Shown here piece by piece: positions 1 to 8,948 of a DNA stretch of 32,000 nucleotides; within the stretch, counting starts at the first letter, position 1, and each line of letters opens with the position of its first letter. This DNA comes from Terriglobales bacterium (GTDB lineage Bacteria; Acidobacteriota; Terriglobia; Terriglobales; Acidobacteriaceae): NCBI GenBank assembly GCA_035623255.1, contig DASPTU010000125.1:166818-198817 (forward strand), written 5' to 3'. The notes under the pieces are model-generated. The model saw only the letters and a program-made list of their open reading frames with translations. It was not told the DNA's origin and ran no database searches. Both the position numbers and the translations under genes were made by a program.

Positions 1-80
1 GGATCGTGCTGTTGGCGGCCGCTTACATTATGACTTTCAACGGCGACTGGTCCCAGAGAACCCGCAAAAGCGCAAAATAG
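1..80 (+). CDS. 3' end of an upstream gene (partial), with a hydrophobic C-terminus followed by a basic tail
   Basis: Frame 3 is open from the window edge to TAG at 78-80. It translates as ...IVLLAAAYIMTFNGDWSQRTRKSAK*. Only 26 codons are visible, so no family call is possible. Confidence 0.3.
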   Translation, partial: IVLLAAAYIMTFNGDWSQRTRKSAK

Positions 81-175
81 CATGAGCTATTCAGGGCTCC
101 TCATAACCATCCAAGGGTGGCCCCATCCTGCCTCAGAGCTGAACCTCCGGCTGGTAGAATCTCATCTACTACCAC

Positions 176-1933
176 ATGCTGCCCAAGAGCCTGCGCCCTC
201 TTTATTCCTACCTCAAGAAATACCGTGGCAGCTACCTGATCGGAACGCTCTGCGTTTTCCTGCATAACGGAATCTGGATTCTTTTCCCTCTAGTCATCCG
301 CCGCGCCATAGACGACTTGCACCTCGGGGTCACTCGCCAGAAATTGCTGACTTTTGCCCTGCTCCTGCTCGCGATTGCATGTGCGAAGGGCATCTTTCAA
401 TTTCTTACCCGCTGGATAGTGATTGGTGTGTCGCGCGAAATCGAATTTGATCTACGCAACGATCTTTTCCGCCACCTCGAGAAACTCTCTTACTCGTACT
501 ATCAGCGCACTCGCACGGGTGACATCATGGCCCGTGCAACCAACGACTTGAATGCCGTCCGTATGCTTTTGGGGCCGGCCATCATGTATTCGGCGAACAC
601 AATTGTCTTCACCGCCGGCGCACTTGCGTTCATGCTGTCGATCAGCCCGCGCTTGACTCTGTATGCCTTCCTGCCATTACCTGTCGTCAGCATTACTATC
701 CAGTATTTCGGCCGTCAAATTCATGAGCGCTTCGAAAAAATCCAGGCGATGTTTTCTGATATTTCTGCCCGTGCCCAGGAGAATTTCTCGGGCGTACGAG
801 TGATTCGCGCCTACGTGCAGGAAGAGGCGGAAATCGCCGCTTTTGAAGCCGCCAATCAGGAATACATCGGCCGTAGCCTGAAGCTGGTCCGGTTAATGGG
901 GATGCTCTGGCCGACCCTCGAAATCATGCTGGGATTTGCCATCGTCCTGGTGCTCTGGCTCGGCGGCCGCGAGGTTTTGCAACGGCGCATTACCGTCGGC
1001 GATTTTGTCGCCTTCAACACCTACATGGTACAGCTTACTTGGCCGGTCATCGCGCTGGGCTGGGTCATCAATATTTTCCAGCGAGGAACGGCCTCCATGG
1101 GACGCATCAATCAAATCCTCGTGGAAAAACCGGAAATTGCCGACACCGTTGAACTGAAGTCCTGGAAGGATGTTCCGGTCACCCACATCGAGGGCGAGAT
1201 CCAATTTCGCAATCTGAATTTTGCTTACAACGGCACATCGGTGCTCCACGACGTCAACTTGCGCATTCCGGCGGGTACGAGTCTTGCCATCGTTGGCCCA
1301 ACGGGGTACGGCAAAACCACCTTGGTCAGTTTAATTCCGCGCATCTACGATGCGGCGCCGGGTATGGTCCTCATCGACGGCAGACCGATCCGTGACTATC
1401 CGCTTGAATTCCTTCGAAGGAACATCGGTTTCGTCCCGCAGGAAACTTTCCTGTTCAGCGAGAGTGTGCGCGAGAACATCGCATTCGGTGTGCAAGGTGC
1501 GACCGACTCGGAAGTCCGGGGAGCCGCGCAGGCTGCCAGTATCGCTGATGATATCGAGAGCTTTCCCGAACAGTACAAGACTCTCGTCGGCGAACGTGGC
1601 ATCACGCTCTCCGGCGGGCAAAAGCAGCGCACGGCAATCGCTCGCGCCTTGATCCGCAACCCCAGAATTTTGATCCTCGACGATGCGCTCTCCAGCGTCG
1701 ATACGCATACCGAGGACAAGATTCTCAATCATCTGCGCGAAATCATGGCTGGCCGGACCACGATTTTCATCTCACACCGCGTATCGACTGTTCGCAACGC
1801 AGACATGATCGCAGTTTTACACGGCGGCCGAATCGTTGAACTGGGAACCCACGAGGAACTGCTGGCCAGGAACGGCTACTACACCGATCTCTACAACAAG
1901 CAGCTTTTGGAGGAAGAACTGGCCGAGGTCTGA
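176..1933 (+). CDS. ABC exporter, fused permease and ATPase (MsbA/ABCB-like half transporter)
   Basis: 585-aa ORF with an N-terminal multi-TM exporter domain. The C-terminal NBD has Walker A GPTGYGKTT, signature LSGGQKQR, Walker B ILILDD and H-loop FISHR. Confidence 0.9.
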   Translation: MLPKSLRPLYSYLKKYRGSYLIGTLCVFLHNGIWILFPLVIRRAIDDLHLGVTRQKLLTFALLLLAIACAKGIFQFLTRWIVIGVSREIEFDLRNDLFRHLEKLSYSYYQRTRTGDIMARATNDLNAVRMLLGPAIMYSANTIVFTAGALAFMLSISPRLTLYAFLPLPVVSITIQYFGRQIHERFEKIQAMFSDISARAQENFSGVRVIRAYVQEEAEIAAFEAANQEYIGRSLKLVRLMGMLWPTLEIMLGFAIVLVLWLGGREVLQRRITVGDFVAFNTYMVQLTWPVIALGWVINIFQRGTASMGRINQILVEKPEIADTVELKSWKDVPVTHIEGEIQFRNLNFAYNGTSVLHDVNLRIPAGTSLAIVGPTGYGKTTLVSLIPRIYDAAPGMVLIDGRPIRDYPLEFLRRNIGFVPQETFLFSESVRENIAFGVQGATDSEVRGAAQAASIADDIESFPEQYKTLVGERGITLSGGQKQRTAIARALIRNPRILILDDALSSVDTHTEDKILNHLREIMAGRTTIFISHRVSTVRNADMIAVLHGGRIVELGTHEELLARNGYYTDLYNKQLLEEELAEV

Positions 1934-1966
1934 CACAAAGTCACAAAGAGGCAATCGAAACTTGGC

Positions 1967-1990
1967 AATTGTCAATTTCAGATGACAATT
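1967..1990. promoter_or_regulatory. Perfect 8-bp inverted repeat AATTGTCA-N8-TGACAATT, a candidate operator or weak hairpin
   Basis: Read directly from the sequence: arms at 1967-1974 and 1983-1990. It lies between the ABC exporter stop (1933) and the likely methyltransferase start (2113). The arms are AT-rich within a GC-rich genome. Confidence 0.3.
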
Positions 1991-2112
1991 TGATCCTGAC
2001 GGCTTGGAATACTGGAAGCTGTATACGCGAACGGCGCTTCAGAAGAGTATTGTCGTCCGGCACTGCTGATTATGCAGCCCTGAATATCATCCTTCTGCAA
2101 CAGGAGGAAAAT

Positions 2113-2802
2113 GTGAAACGGTTTTCTGTCCCGGAATTCCTGGACAGCGATGCGGGTACAACTTGCGAAGTGCGGACTGCGTTAACAGACCTGCAGCGCA
2201 TCAACCGTTGGTTCGGCGGCACTGCGACGACTCTAGCCATGCTGGAACGGGTCCTCGATTGTACGAACAAGCACGATCTGTCTTTTCTGGAGGTGGCCTC
2301 GGGCACGGCAGAAGTCCCGGAGATAGCTGCAGGCACTGCATCCAGGCGCGGTATTGTCCTCCGCACCTTCCGTGTGGACCGCGCGGCCTCGCACCTGACG
2401 AATGGCAGCAGAAAAGCGCACGACGCAATTGTCGCAGACGCGCTGCATTTGCCGTTCGCTGACCGGAGCATTGACCTGGTCAGTTGCGGCTTGTTTGCCC
2501 ATCACCTCGACCCGCAGCAACTGATGCGATTTGGGAAGGAAGCATTGCGGGTTGCGCGTGTCGCGTTGCTGGTCAACGACTTGGTACGAAACCCCGCACA
2601 CTGGGCGGCGGCATGGATAGGACGACCGCTGTGGCGCAGCCGACTGACGCGCCACGATAGTGTTGTATCCGTCCGCAGTTCCTACACGCCTGGAGAACTT
2701 CGCTCGTTGCTGCAGCAGGCTGGTGCCGCGGAGGTCGAGATTAGTCGGCATTACTTCTTCCGCATGGGCGCAATTGTCTGGTCGACACCAGCAACGAGTT
2801 GA
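2113..2802 (+). CDS. Class I SAM-dependent methyltransferase
   Basis: Motif I-like LEVASGTAEV is followed by acidic and hydrophobic post-motifs (DLVSCGLFAHHL, LLVNDL). AGGAGG at 2102-2107 sits 5 nt upstream of GTG 2113. The longest ORF starts at ATG 1969, but that start has no SD. Confidence 0.75.
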   Translation: MKRFSVPEFLDSDAGTTCEVRTALTDLQRINRWFGGTATTLAMLERVLDCTNKHDLSFLEVASGTAEVPEIAAGTASRRGIVLRTFRVDRAASHLTNGSRKAHDAIVADALHLPFADRSIDLVSCGLFAHHLDPQQLMRFGKEALRVARVALLVNDLVRNPAHWAAAWIGRPLWRSRLTRHDSVVSVRSSYTPGELRSLLQQAGAAEVEISRHYFFRMGAIVWSTPATS

Positions 2803-2844
2803 CGTCACCCCAAAAAGTCGGCAGAATGTCTCGATTTTCGGAGA

Positions 2845-4254
2845 ATGAACGTGGAGATCACGTTCCCCCCGTGCATGGCCCAACCCTCGCCCATCCCTGC
2901 CGCTCACCCCAGCAAACCGCCCGGACCTCACGGTAATCTGTTGACCGGCAATTTCCGCGAGTTGCGCCAGGACGCACTAAGCTTTCTGACCCGATGCGCT
3001 CAGGAATATGGAGACATCGTGCGCTACCGCCTGGTCACATTTTACGGTTATCTGCTCAACCACCCGGACTACGTCGAGGAGGTGCTCGTTAATAACAGTA
3101 AAAACTTCATCAAGGGACGGGGGCTGCGCGCAAATCGCGCTCTGTTTGGCGAAGGGTTGTTGACCAGCGAGGGCGAAGTCTGGTTGGAGAAGCGCCGCAT
3201 CGCGCAACCCGCGTTTCATCCGCGGCGAATTGACGAGTATGGACAGCTGATATTGCCGCACGTCACGACTGCTCTGAGTGGTTGGCGCGACGGAACAGAA
3301 CGGGACATTGCGGCTGACATGATGAGCGTCACGTTGCAAATCGCTGCCAAGGCGTTTTTCGGCGCAGACCTCGCCGATCAAATTCCCGGTTTCCAACTGG
3401 CGTTCGAGGAGATTTCTCGCCAGAACGCCGGCCGTACTCGCCTGTTCCACCTCCCGGATATGATCCCCACGCCCGCCAACGTTCGATACAACCGCGCAGT
3501 CCACACCCTCGATTCCGTTGTCTACCGCATCATTCGGTGCCGCCGTGCCCAGAGGCGACATAATGACGATCTCCTCTCCATGCTGCTGCAGGCTCACGAC
3601 GAGGCGGGAGGACGGACCAGTGAGCGGCAGTTGCGAGATGACGCCATGACTTTCTTGCTCGCCGGACACGAGACCACTGCTTTAACCCTCTCCTGGGCCT
3701 GGTACTTGCTGGCACAAAATCCCCAAGCCGAACTGCAATTGGTGGAGGAACTCAAGCGCGTGTTGGCGGGACGCATGCCCGCTGTGCAGGACCTTGCATA
3801 CCTGCCCTACACTGAGGCGGTTATCAAGGAGACGATGCGCCTCTATCCGCCCGCCTGGCTTATGGTTCGCCAATCTGTAAACGACTGCCGCATAGGTTGT
3901 TATCGCATTCCGGCTGGATCTTCTGTCGTCTTTAGCCAGTGGGTTTTGCACCGTGATCCTCGGTACTTCGAAGCTCCGCAAGCATTTCGCCCGGAGCGCT
4001 GGCTGGACGGATTGGAAAAAAGATTGCCCCGCTTTGCTTACTTCCCATTTGGCGGCGGTCCCCGGTTATGCATCGGCGCGCCATTTGCCCTCATGGAAGC
4101 TTGCCTGTTGCTGGCCGCCATTGCATCGCAATTCCATTTCGATCTTCTCCCGTGGCCGGTCGTGCCCATGGCAGCTATCACGTTGAGACCGAAATTTGGC
4201 ATCAGAGTTCGTTTGTCCAGGCGGCAGCCAACAAATTCTTTGCGAACCAACTAG
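2845..4254 (+). CDS. Cytochrome P450
   Basis: 469 aa with I-helix AGHETT, K-helix ExxR (ETMRLYPP) and the heme-thiolate loop FPFGGGPRLCIG. The EGEVWLEKRRIAQPAF segment resembles fatty-acid-hydroxylase-type P450s (CYP4/CYP110-like, from memory). Confidence 0.9.
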   Translation: MNVEITFPPCMAQPSPIPAAHPSKPPGPHGNLLTGNFRELRQDALSFLTRCAQEYGDIVRYRLVTFYGYLLNHPDYVEEVLVNNSKNFIKGRGLRANRALFGEGLLTSEGEVWLEKRRIAQPAFHPRRIDEYGQLILPHVTTALSGWRDGTERDIAADMMSVTLQIAAKAFFGADLADQIPGFQLAFEEISRQNAGRTRLFHLPDMIPTPANVRYNRAVHTLDSVVYRIIRCRRAQRRHNDDLLSMLLQAHDEAGGRTSERQLRDDAMTFLLAGHETTALTLSWAWYLLAQNPQAELQLVEELKRVLAGRMPAVQDLAYLPYTEAVIKETMRLYPPAWLMVRQSVNDCRIGCYRIPAGSSVVFSQWVLHRDPRYFEAPQAFRPERWLDGLEKRLPRFAYFPFGGGPRLCIGAPFALMEACLLLAAIASQFHFDLLPWPVVPMAAITLRPKFGIRVRLSRRQPTNSLRTN

Positions 4255-4311
4255 GCTACGAGATTAGAATCTGTGCTTCGGCCGCAATAACGCGGTTGAG
4301 GGCTCAACGCA

Positions 4312-6009
4312 ATGGCTTGCGATATTTTGATTATGGGAGGTGGAGCTACCGGACAACTGGCGGCGGCTTACTTGCGCAAACGCTTTCCGGCTTTGAGCAT
4401 TACAGTGGTAGAGGGCCCTGGCAAGAACCGTCCCATAGTCGGCGAGTCCTTCGTTGAGCTGACCATTGATTTCCTGCTCGAACTCGGCCTCGGCGCCTAC
4501 CTGGTCGAAGAGCATTATCCCAAATACGGGCTCACCTATTACCACAAACTCAATATTGAAAATCCGGCGGACCGCACCTACTTCGTCGACGAGGCCCCCA
4601 CGGTACCGCCTCAGCTGTCGTTCCAGGTGAACCGCTTCACGTTTGACCGGGAAGTGCGCCGTCGCAACTGCCAGAATGGCGTGCAGATGGTGGCCGGCAC
4701 GGTCGTGTCGGTCGAACTCGCTCAGGCCGGCGAACTGCATTGCATCACGGTGGAAGACGCGGCTCGTCAGAAGTCGGCCTTACACGCCCGATGGTTGATC
4801 GATGCCACTGGACGCAATCGCGTCCTCGCTAAGTCGCTGCACCTTCAGCAAACCGTCAAAGAGCAGAAGAACGTTTTCTGGTTTCGTTTGGCCAACTTTG
4901 ATGCCGACATCATGGGACGCATCCATGCGTTGAAGAAAGAGAACCGCGCTTTCGTTCCCTACTTCGCAACCCATCACTTCTTTGGCAAGGGCAATTGGAT
5001 CTGGTGTATTCCCATGCGCTCTCCGGAGGCGCGCTCATTCATCAGCATCGGCATTACCTACCGTACCGACCAGTACCCGTATGGCGAACCCCGCAACCTG
5101 GAGCAGTTCTTGGAGTGCGTAGGGCAGGAGCACCAGGTCATCGTCGAGCTTGTGCGAAGTGGCACCGTCGTAGACTCGAATTTCTATCGCTCCTACATGT
5201 GGGAGTGCCGACAGCGATATTCACCCGATCGCTGGTACATTCTGGGCGATGCCGGCGATACGGTGGACCCGCTCTACAGCGTCGGTATGGCGCTGGCATC
5301 GATGCAGATCCGCCAAATCGGCGCCATCGTCGAACGTGACCTCGCCGGCCGGGACATCGCTGACTTTACTCGCGACCTCGACACTGTCATTGCCACTTTT
5401 CAGCGCAGTGTGACTCGTGATACCACCCGCCTCTACGAGTGCATGGGTGACCCGTATCAGTGCCACTTGCGGGTTCACCTGGTCGTCAGCAAGCTTTTTC
5501 ATTTCGCCGTCCCGCTGCTGATCAACGGCTATGCCTGGGACCCGCTGGGAGCTAAGCTCATCAACCGCTTCGCCAGCCTGCAAAGGCTTGAAGACGACTC
5601 CCGCCTGTTCCACGACTTGATTCGGAAAGTTGCCCAGGATCCTGAGAACTGCCGGCCGGAAAACTTCATCAAGGTGCAGTCCTCGGATTCCATGAATTAC
5701 AAATTTCTGGAGTGCCACCGCGAGCAGGACATTCCCGATTCCTTGGCGCAACTTCTCTTTTCGCTGGCTCGGTTGCGGCTTGGTCTACTGTTAAAACTCC
5801 GATCGCGGGCCTTGACGCAGTGGCCGCAGCATCGCGCGCTCGTCCTTGATGTTGTTCGCGGGCTGGTGCTAAAGGGGTTGTTCTCAGGCGTCAAATTTCG
5901 CGAAAGCCGCCTGGTACGCCGATTCGTTGCCGGAGCTGAGGCCCAGCCCGGCCCGGCACCGGCGGTTGCTGCTGCCTCCACCCAGCCGGTCAAAACTCCA
6001 TTGACTTGA
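4312..6009 (+). CDS. FAD-dependent enzyme with flavin-dependent halogenase signatures
   Basis: N-terminal GxGxxG (IMGGGATGQ) and a VGES motif. A candidate catalytic Lys lies in YPKYGLTYY. WLIDATGRN and GDAGDTVDPLYSVG are present, and WIWCIP (4996-5013) matches the halogenase-diagnostic WxWxIP. The ~150-aa C-terminal extension ends in a low-complexity A/P tail. Confidence 0.65.
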   Translation: MACDILIMGGGATGQLAAAYLRKRFPALSITVVEGPGKNRPIVGESFVELTIDFLLELGLGAYLVEEHYPKYGLTYYHKLNIENPADRTYFVDEAPTVPPQLSFQVNRFTFDREVRRRNCQNGVQMVAGTVVSVELAQAGELHCITVEDAARQKSALHARWLIDATGRNRVLAKSLHLQQTVKEQKNVFWFRLANFDADIMGRIHALKKENRAFVPYFATHHFFGKGNWIWCIPMRSPEARSFISIGITYRTDQYPYGEPRNLEQFLECVGQEHQVIVELVRSGTVVDSNFYRSYMWECRQRYSPDRWYILGDAGDTVDPLYSVGMALASMQIRQIGAIVERDLAGRDIADFTRDLDTVIATFQRSVTRDTTRLYECMGDPYQCHLRVHLVVSKLFHFAVPLLINGYAWDPLGAKLINRFASLQRLEDDSRLFHDLIRKVAQDPENCRPENFIKVQSSDSMNYKFLECHREQDIPDSLAQLLFSLARLRLGLLLKLRSRALTQWPQHRALVLDVVRGLVLKGLFSGVKFRESRLVRRFVAGAEAQPGPAPAVAAASTQPVKTPLT

Positions 6010-7324
6010 TCGTGCCCGTCGCCTGGGCAAAGTCAATATTGGCTTCGGTGCAGTTGAACTCTGCGGCGACACGGTCGTTGAGCGCGTTTTCTACTCGTGT
6101 CTCCGCGTCCAGCACGTCCAGACTTGTCGCCAAGCCTGCGTCATACCGGCGACGTGCGCGGCCCAGCTCGTCCTGCGCCAGGCCCACCGCGCGTTCCGCC
6201 ACCTGCAGCTGGCTCTGGGCAGAGGCCAGGCTGGCCAGCGCCTGGCGGACCTCCAGTTCTACCTGGTTCTTCAAATCTCGCTGCCGGATCTCCTCCTGTC
6301 GCAACAAGGCATTTGCCTGCCCGCGTTCGGCATCGATCCTGCCGCCATCAAACAACGGCACCCGTAATGATGCCCCGGCGGTGTGAGTGACGATGCCGCT
6401 GAGCAAACCGTAATCGGCAAAGCCGACCAGCGACGGGAGACGTTCCGCCCGCGCGGCACTTTGACCAAGGTGCGCGCCCTCCATTCGGCGCCGCTCGGCC
6501 AGGAACTCCGGTCGCGAACGTAATGCCACTTCCATCGCCTCCGCCGGCGTTGACAGCTGCGCTGGAACGCTGCCCAGTTTTCCTCCCAGATGCAAGCTGG
6601 TGTTCCAATCAATATTCAGCGCTTTGATGAGTTCCAGGTTTGCCCGGATGAGCACCGTTTGCGCTGCCAGCAGGCGCTGCTGGTTGCGCGACATGCTCAA
6701 CTCGGCGCGCGTCACATCCAGCGCAGTGGCCTCACCGGCGTTTTGCCGGCGACCGGCTTGGTCGCGCAGTTCTTGCGCGAGAGCTACGTTTGCCTGCGCA
6801 TTGGCGACGTCCGCCTCTGCGCGCAACGAGGCTGCGTAGAGCCGGGCCACCGTGGCCGCAACTTGCTCGCCCACACTCTGCGTGTCCGCCTCCGCTGCGT
6901 GTACGTCGGCGTGCGCAGCCTGGGAATGCCGAATAGTACTCACGTTCAGCAAATTCTGCGTGAAATGCAGGCGTGCGTCGAATGTGTTGAAAGGCCCCAC
7001 CTCGGTGGGAATCGTAAATCCCGATCCCGGAGGCGTGCTGAAACGGATTCCCAGCGCGTGAAGGTTGATGGTCTGGTCTTGCTCCGTCACACTCCCGTCA
7101 AAGTTGGGTAGTAGCCCGGAGCGAGCCTCCGCGTACCGGAAATGCGAGACATTCACCGATTCCTGCGCCAGCCGGACATCGGTATTGCCGTTCTTGGATA
7201 GCGCGATCTCGATGGCTTTCTGGAGGTTAAGCTCCAACGCCCGGTCCGGTCCACCAGCCGTTTGCCCTTGGCAAACGCTTAGGGATAGCAATGCCATCCC
7301 CCACATGATCCTGAAATTTGCCAT
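5990..7324 (-). CDS. TolC-family outer membrane efflux protein
   Basis: 444 aa with the signal peptide MANFRIMWGMALLSLSVCQG. It has OEP-type A/Q/R/L-rich coiled-coil repeats in two halves. It is divergent from the devBCA-like operon, and its 3' end overlaps the halogenase-like gene by 20 bp. Confidence 0.85.
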   Translation of the reverse strand: MANFRIMWGMALLSLSVCQGQTAGGPDRALELNLQKAIEIALSKNGNTDVRLAQESVNVSHFRYAEARSGLLPNFDGSVTEQDQTINLHALGIRFSTPPGSGFTIPTEVGPFNTFDARLHFTQNLLNVSTIRHSQAAHADVHAAEADTQSVGEQVAATVARLYAASLRAEADVANAQANVALAQELRDQAGRRQNAGEATALDVTRAELSMSRNQQRLLAAQTVLIRANLELIKALNIDWNTSLHLGGKLGSVPAQLSTPAEAMEVALRSRPEFLAERRRMEGAHLGQSAARAERLPSLVGFADYGLLSGIVTHTAGASLRVPLFDGGRIDAERGQANALLRQEEIRQRDLKNQVELEVRQALASLASAQSQLQVAERAVGLAQDELGRARRRYDAGLATSLDVLDAETRVENALNDRVAAEFNCTEANIDFAQATGTIKSMEF

Positions 7325-7508
7325 AGTCTGCCCTCAAGACATGGTGTAATATACTCCCCCGATTATCGGATGGGGATTTTGTTGTCAGTTTCTCCCCCGA
7401 CCCGCCGATACACCGTGACATGCCGTCGTGGCGTTTCCGATCAGCCGTGATTGTCGCGTGCTGAACGACGGCCGTCAAACGCTGACTAGAAATTCGCGAG
7501 GGCGAACC

Positions 7509-8948
7509 ATGATGCGCACACAAGTGGCAATCGTTCCCGTGCTGCTGGTTTGCTTTTCCATCGCTCGGGCGGTTGGCCCGTCGGAGCGCTCCAGCCAGGC
7601 ACAGCTCACTGACGTGCAGGTGCTTGATGACGCTCAAGCCCTGCAGTTGACGTTTAGTTCCGCACAGCACGGAGCACCTCAGCCCGCTACGCTCCGCCAT
7701 CCAGATCGCTTGGTCATCGATCTTCCGCAGACTGTGGTGCTGGAGCCGCGCCGTCTCCTGGTGTCCAGCCATGGCATGAAAGCGGTGCGAGTCGCGCAGC
7801 TCTCGTTGCGTCCGCAGGTGGCCCGCGTAGTCGTGGATTTGACCGCTCCTCTCACGTTTCAATTGCTGCCTCAGGGCGATCGCCTGCTGATCAAGCTCTC
7901 TCCCGAGCAGTCGCAGAAAATCGATGCGTCTGCTTCGGCAGGCCACCAGCCCAGTCCAGAGTCGTTCTCGCTGTCCCTGGTTCCGGCGGTCGCCGCGGCT
8001 TCAGTCAAGCCGACCCGCACCACGGCGACGCCGCCTACCAATGGGGTGGGTTGTTTGGGCCGCATTGAACCAGAAGATGGTGTCCTGCAAGTCAACGGCG
8101 GTTACCTGGAGGGGCGTCCCCAGCGCGTGCGCGAATTAAGAGTGAAAGAAAACGAATTTGTGCATGCTGGCCAGCTCTTGGCCGTCCTCGATGGCAAAGA
8201 TCAGCTCGAAACCGCGGTGCAGCTGGCCGAGGCGCGCGTCGAGCTGGCGCGTTCCCGCCTGGCCCAGGTGAACGCGGGTGCCAGTGCCTCCGAGATCGCT
8301 GCCCAGCAAGCTCAGGTCGAGGAAATCAAAGCCGACCTGCAAAATGCGCGCTCCGAGTACAAGCGATATCAGGAGCTTCGGCAGAACACGGATGTGTCGC
8401 CCGCAGAACTGGACGCGCGTAGCTTGGCGGTGAAAACCGCGGAACAGAAGCTGGCGCAAGCGCAGGAGCGTCTTAAGGCCATTTCCGAGGTCCGCCCCAC
8501 CAATGTAGCCGTGGCCGAATCTGAGCTCCGCGTCGCCCAGGCCGAGGCTGACCATGCCACAGCCAAGCTCAGGACCGCCCTCGTCTATTCTCCGGTGAAC
8601 GGTCGGGTATTGACGATTCACGCCTACCCAGGCGAAGAACTCGGTCCTGCGGGCCTGCTCGATCTTGGCAAGACCGACAACATGTACGTGCGCGCCGAGG
8701 TCTACGAAGACGATATTTCTCGCGTGCATACTGGCCAACAGGCTTATATCACCAGCGACCTGTTCCCAGGCCAGATCTCAGGTGTGGTGGACAGAGTCGG
8801 CAGCACCATTTCGAAGAACAACGTCCTCCCGCTTGATCCCGTCTCTTTCGCAGATGCTCGCGTATTCAACGTCCGTATCCACCTGGATCGCGCCAGCGAT
8901 GTGGCCAACTTCATCCATGCCAAGGTCAATGTGGTGATACGCCCATGA
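7509..8948 (+). CDS. DevB/HlyD-family periplasmic adaptor with an N-terminal AMIN domain
   Basis: From ATG 7509 the protein begins with a signal/anchor sequence, MMRTQVAIVPVLLVCFSIARA. The longest ORF starts at GTG 7428. The AMIN-like pattern at 7605-7907 includes RLVIDLP, VRVAQ, ARVVVDL and RLLIKL. A DevB-like core follows (GRIEPEDGVLQV...VKENEFVHAGQLLAVLD, then a long coiled coil). Confidence 0.85.
   Translation: MMRTQVAIVPVLLVCFSIARAVGPSERSSQAQLTDVQVLDDAQALQLTFSSAQHGAPQPATLRHPDRLVIDLPQTVVLEPRRLLVSSHGMKAVRVAQLSLRPQVARVVVDLTAPLTFQLLPQGDRLLIKLSPEQSQKIDASASAGHQPSPESFSLSLVPAVAAASVKPTRTTATPPTNGVGCLGRIEPEDGVLQVNGGYLEGRPQRVRELRVKENEFVHAGQLLAVLDGKDQLETAVQLAEARVELARSRLAQVNAGASASEIAAQQAQVEEIKADLQNARSEYKRYQELRQNTDVSPAELDARSLAVKTAEQKLAQAQERLKAISEVRPTNVAVAESELRVAQAEADHATAKLRTALVYSPVNGRVLTIHAYPGEELGPAGLLDLGKTDNMYVRAEVYEDDISRVHTGQQAYITSDLFPGQISGVVDRVGSTISKNNVLPLDPVSFADARVFNVRIHLDRASDVANFIHAKVNVVIRP

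Noticed and set aside
1283-1309. Unusual Walker A GPTGYGKTT in the first ABC exporter
   Set aside because: It still satisfies GxxGxGK[ST]. The Tyr occupies a variable position, so this is not evidence of a degenerate or inactive site.
2233-2931. 232-aa minus-strand ORF, plus several 60-130-aa ORFs across 2070-2471
   Set aside because: They are antisense or out of frame relative to the methyltransferase and the P450 start, with no motifs.
7462-7471. 10-bp perfect palindrome GACGGCCGTC, and the CCGAT-T-ATCGG dyad (~7357-7367), in the tolC/devB intergenic region
   Set aside because: Short GC-rich palindromes of this size are expected by chance in 60% GC DNA. Neither is flanked by extended symmetry, and GACGGCCGTC lies inside the longest devB ORF. 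I do not consider them strong enough to call as operators.
7227-7946. 239-aa minus-strand ORF spanning the tolC/devB divergent region
   Set aside because: It overlaps the TolC-like start, the promoter region and the AMIN-coding part of devB on the opposite strand. It has no motifs and reads as a shadow ORF.
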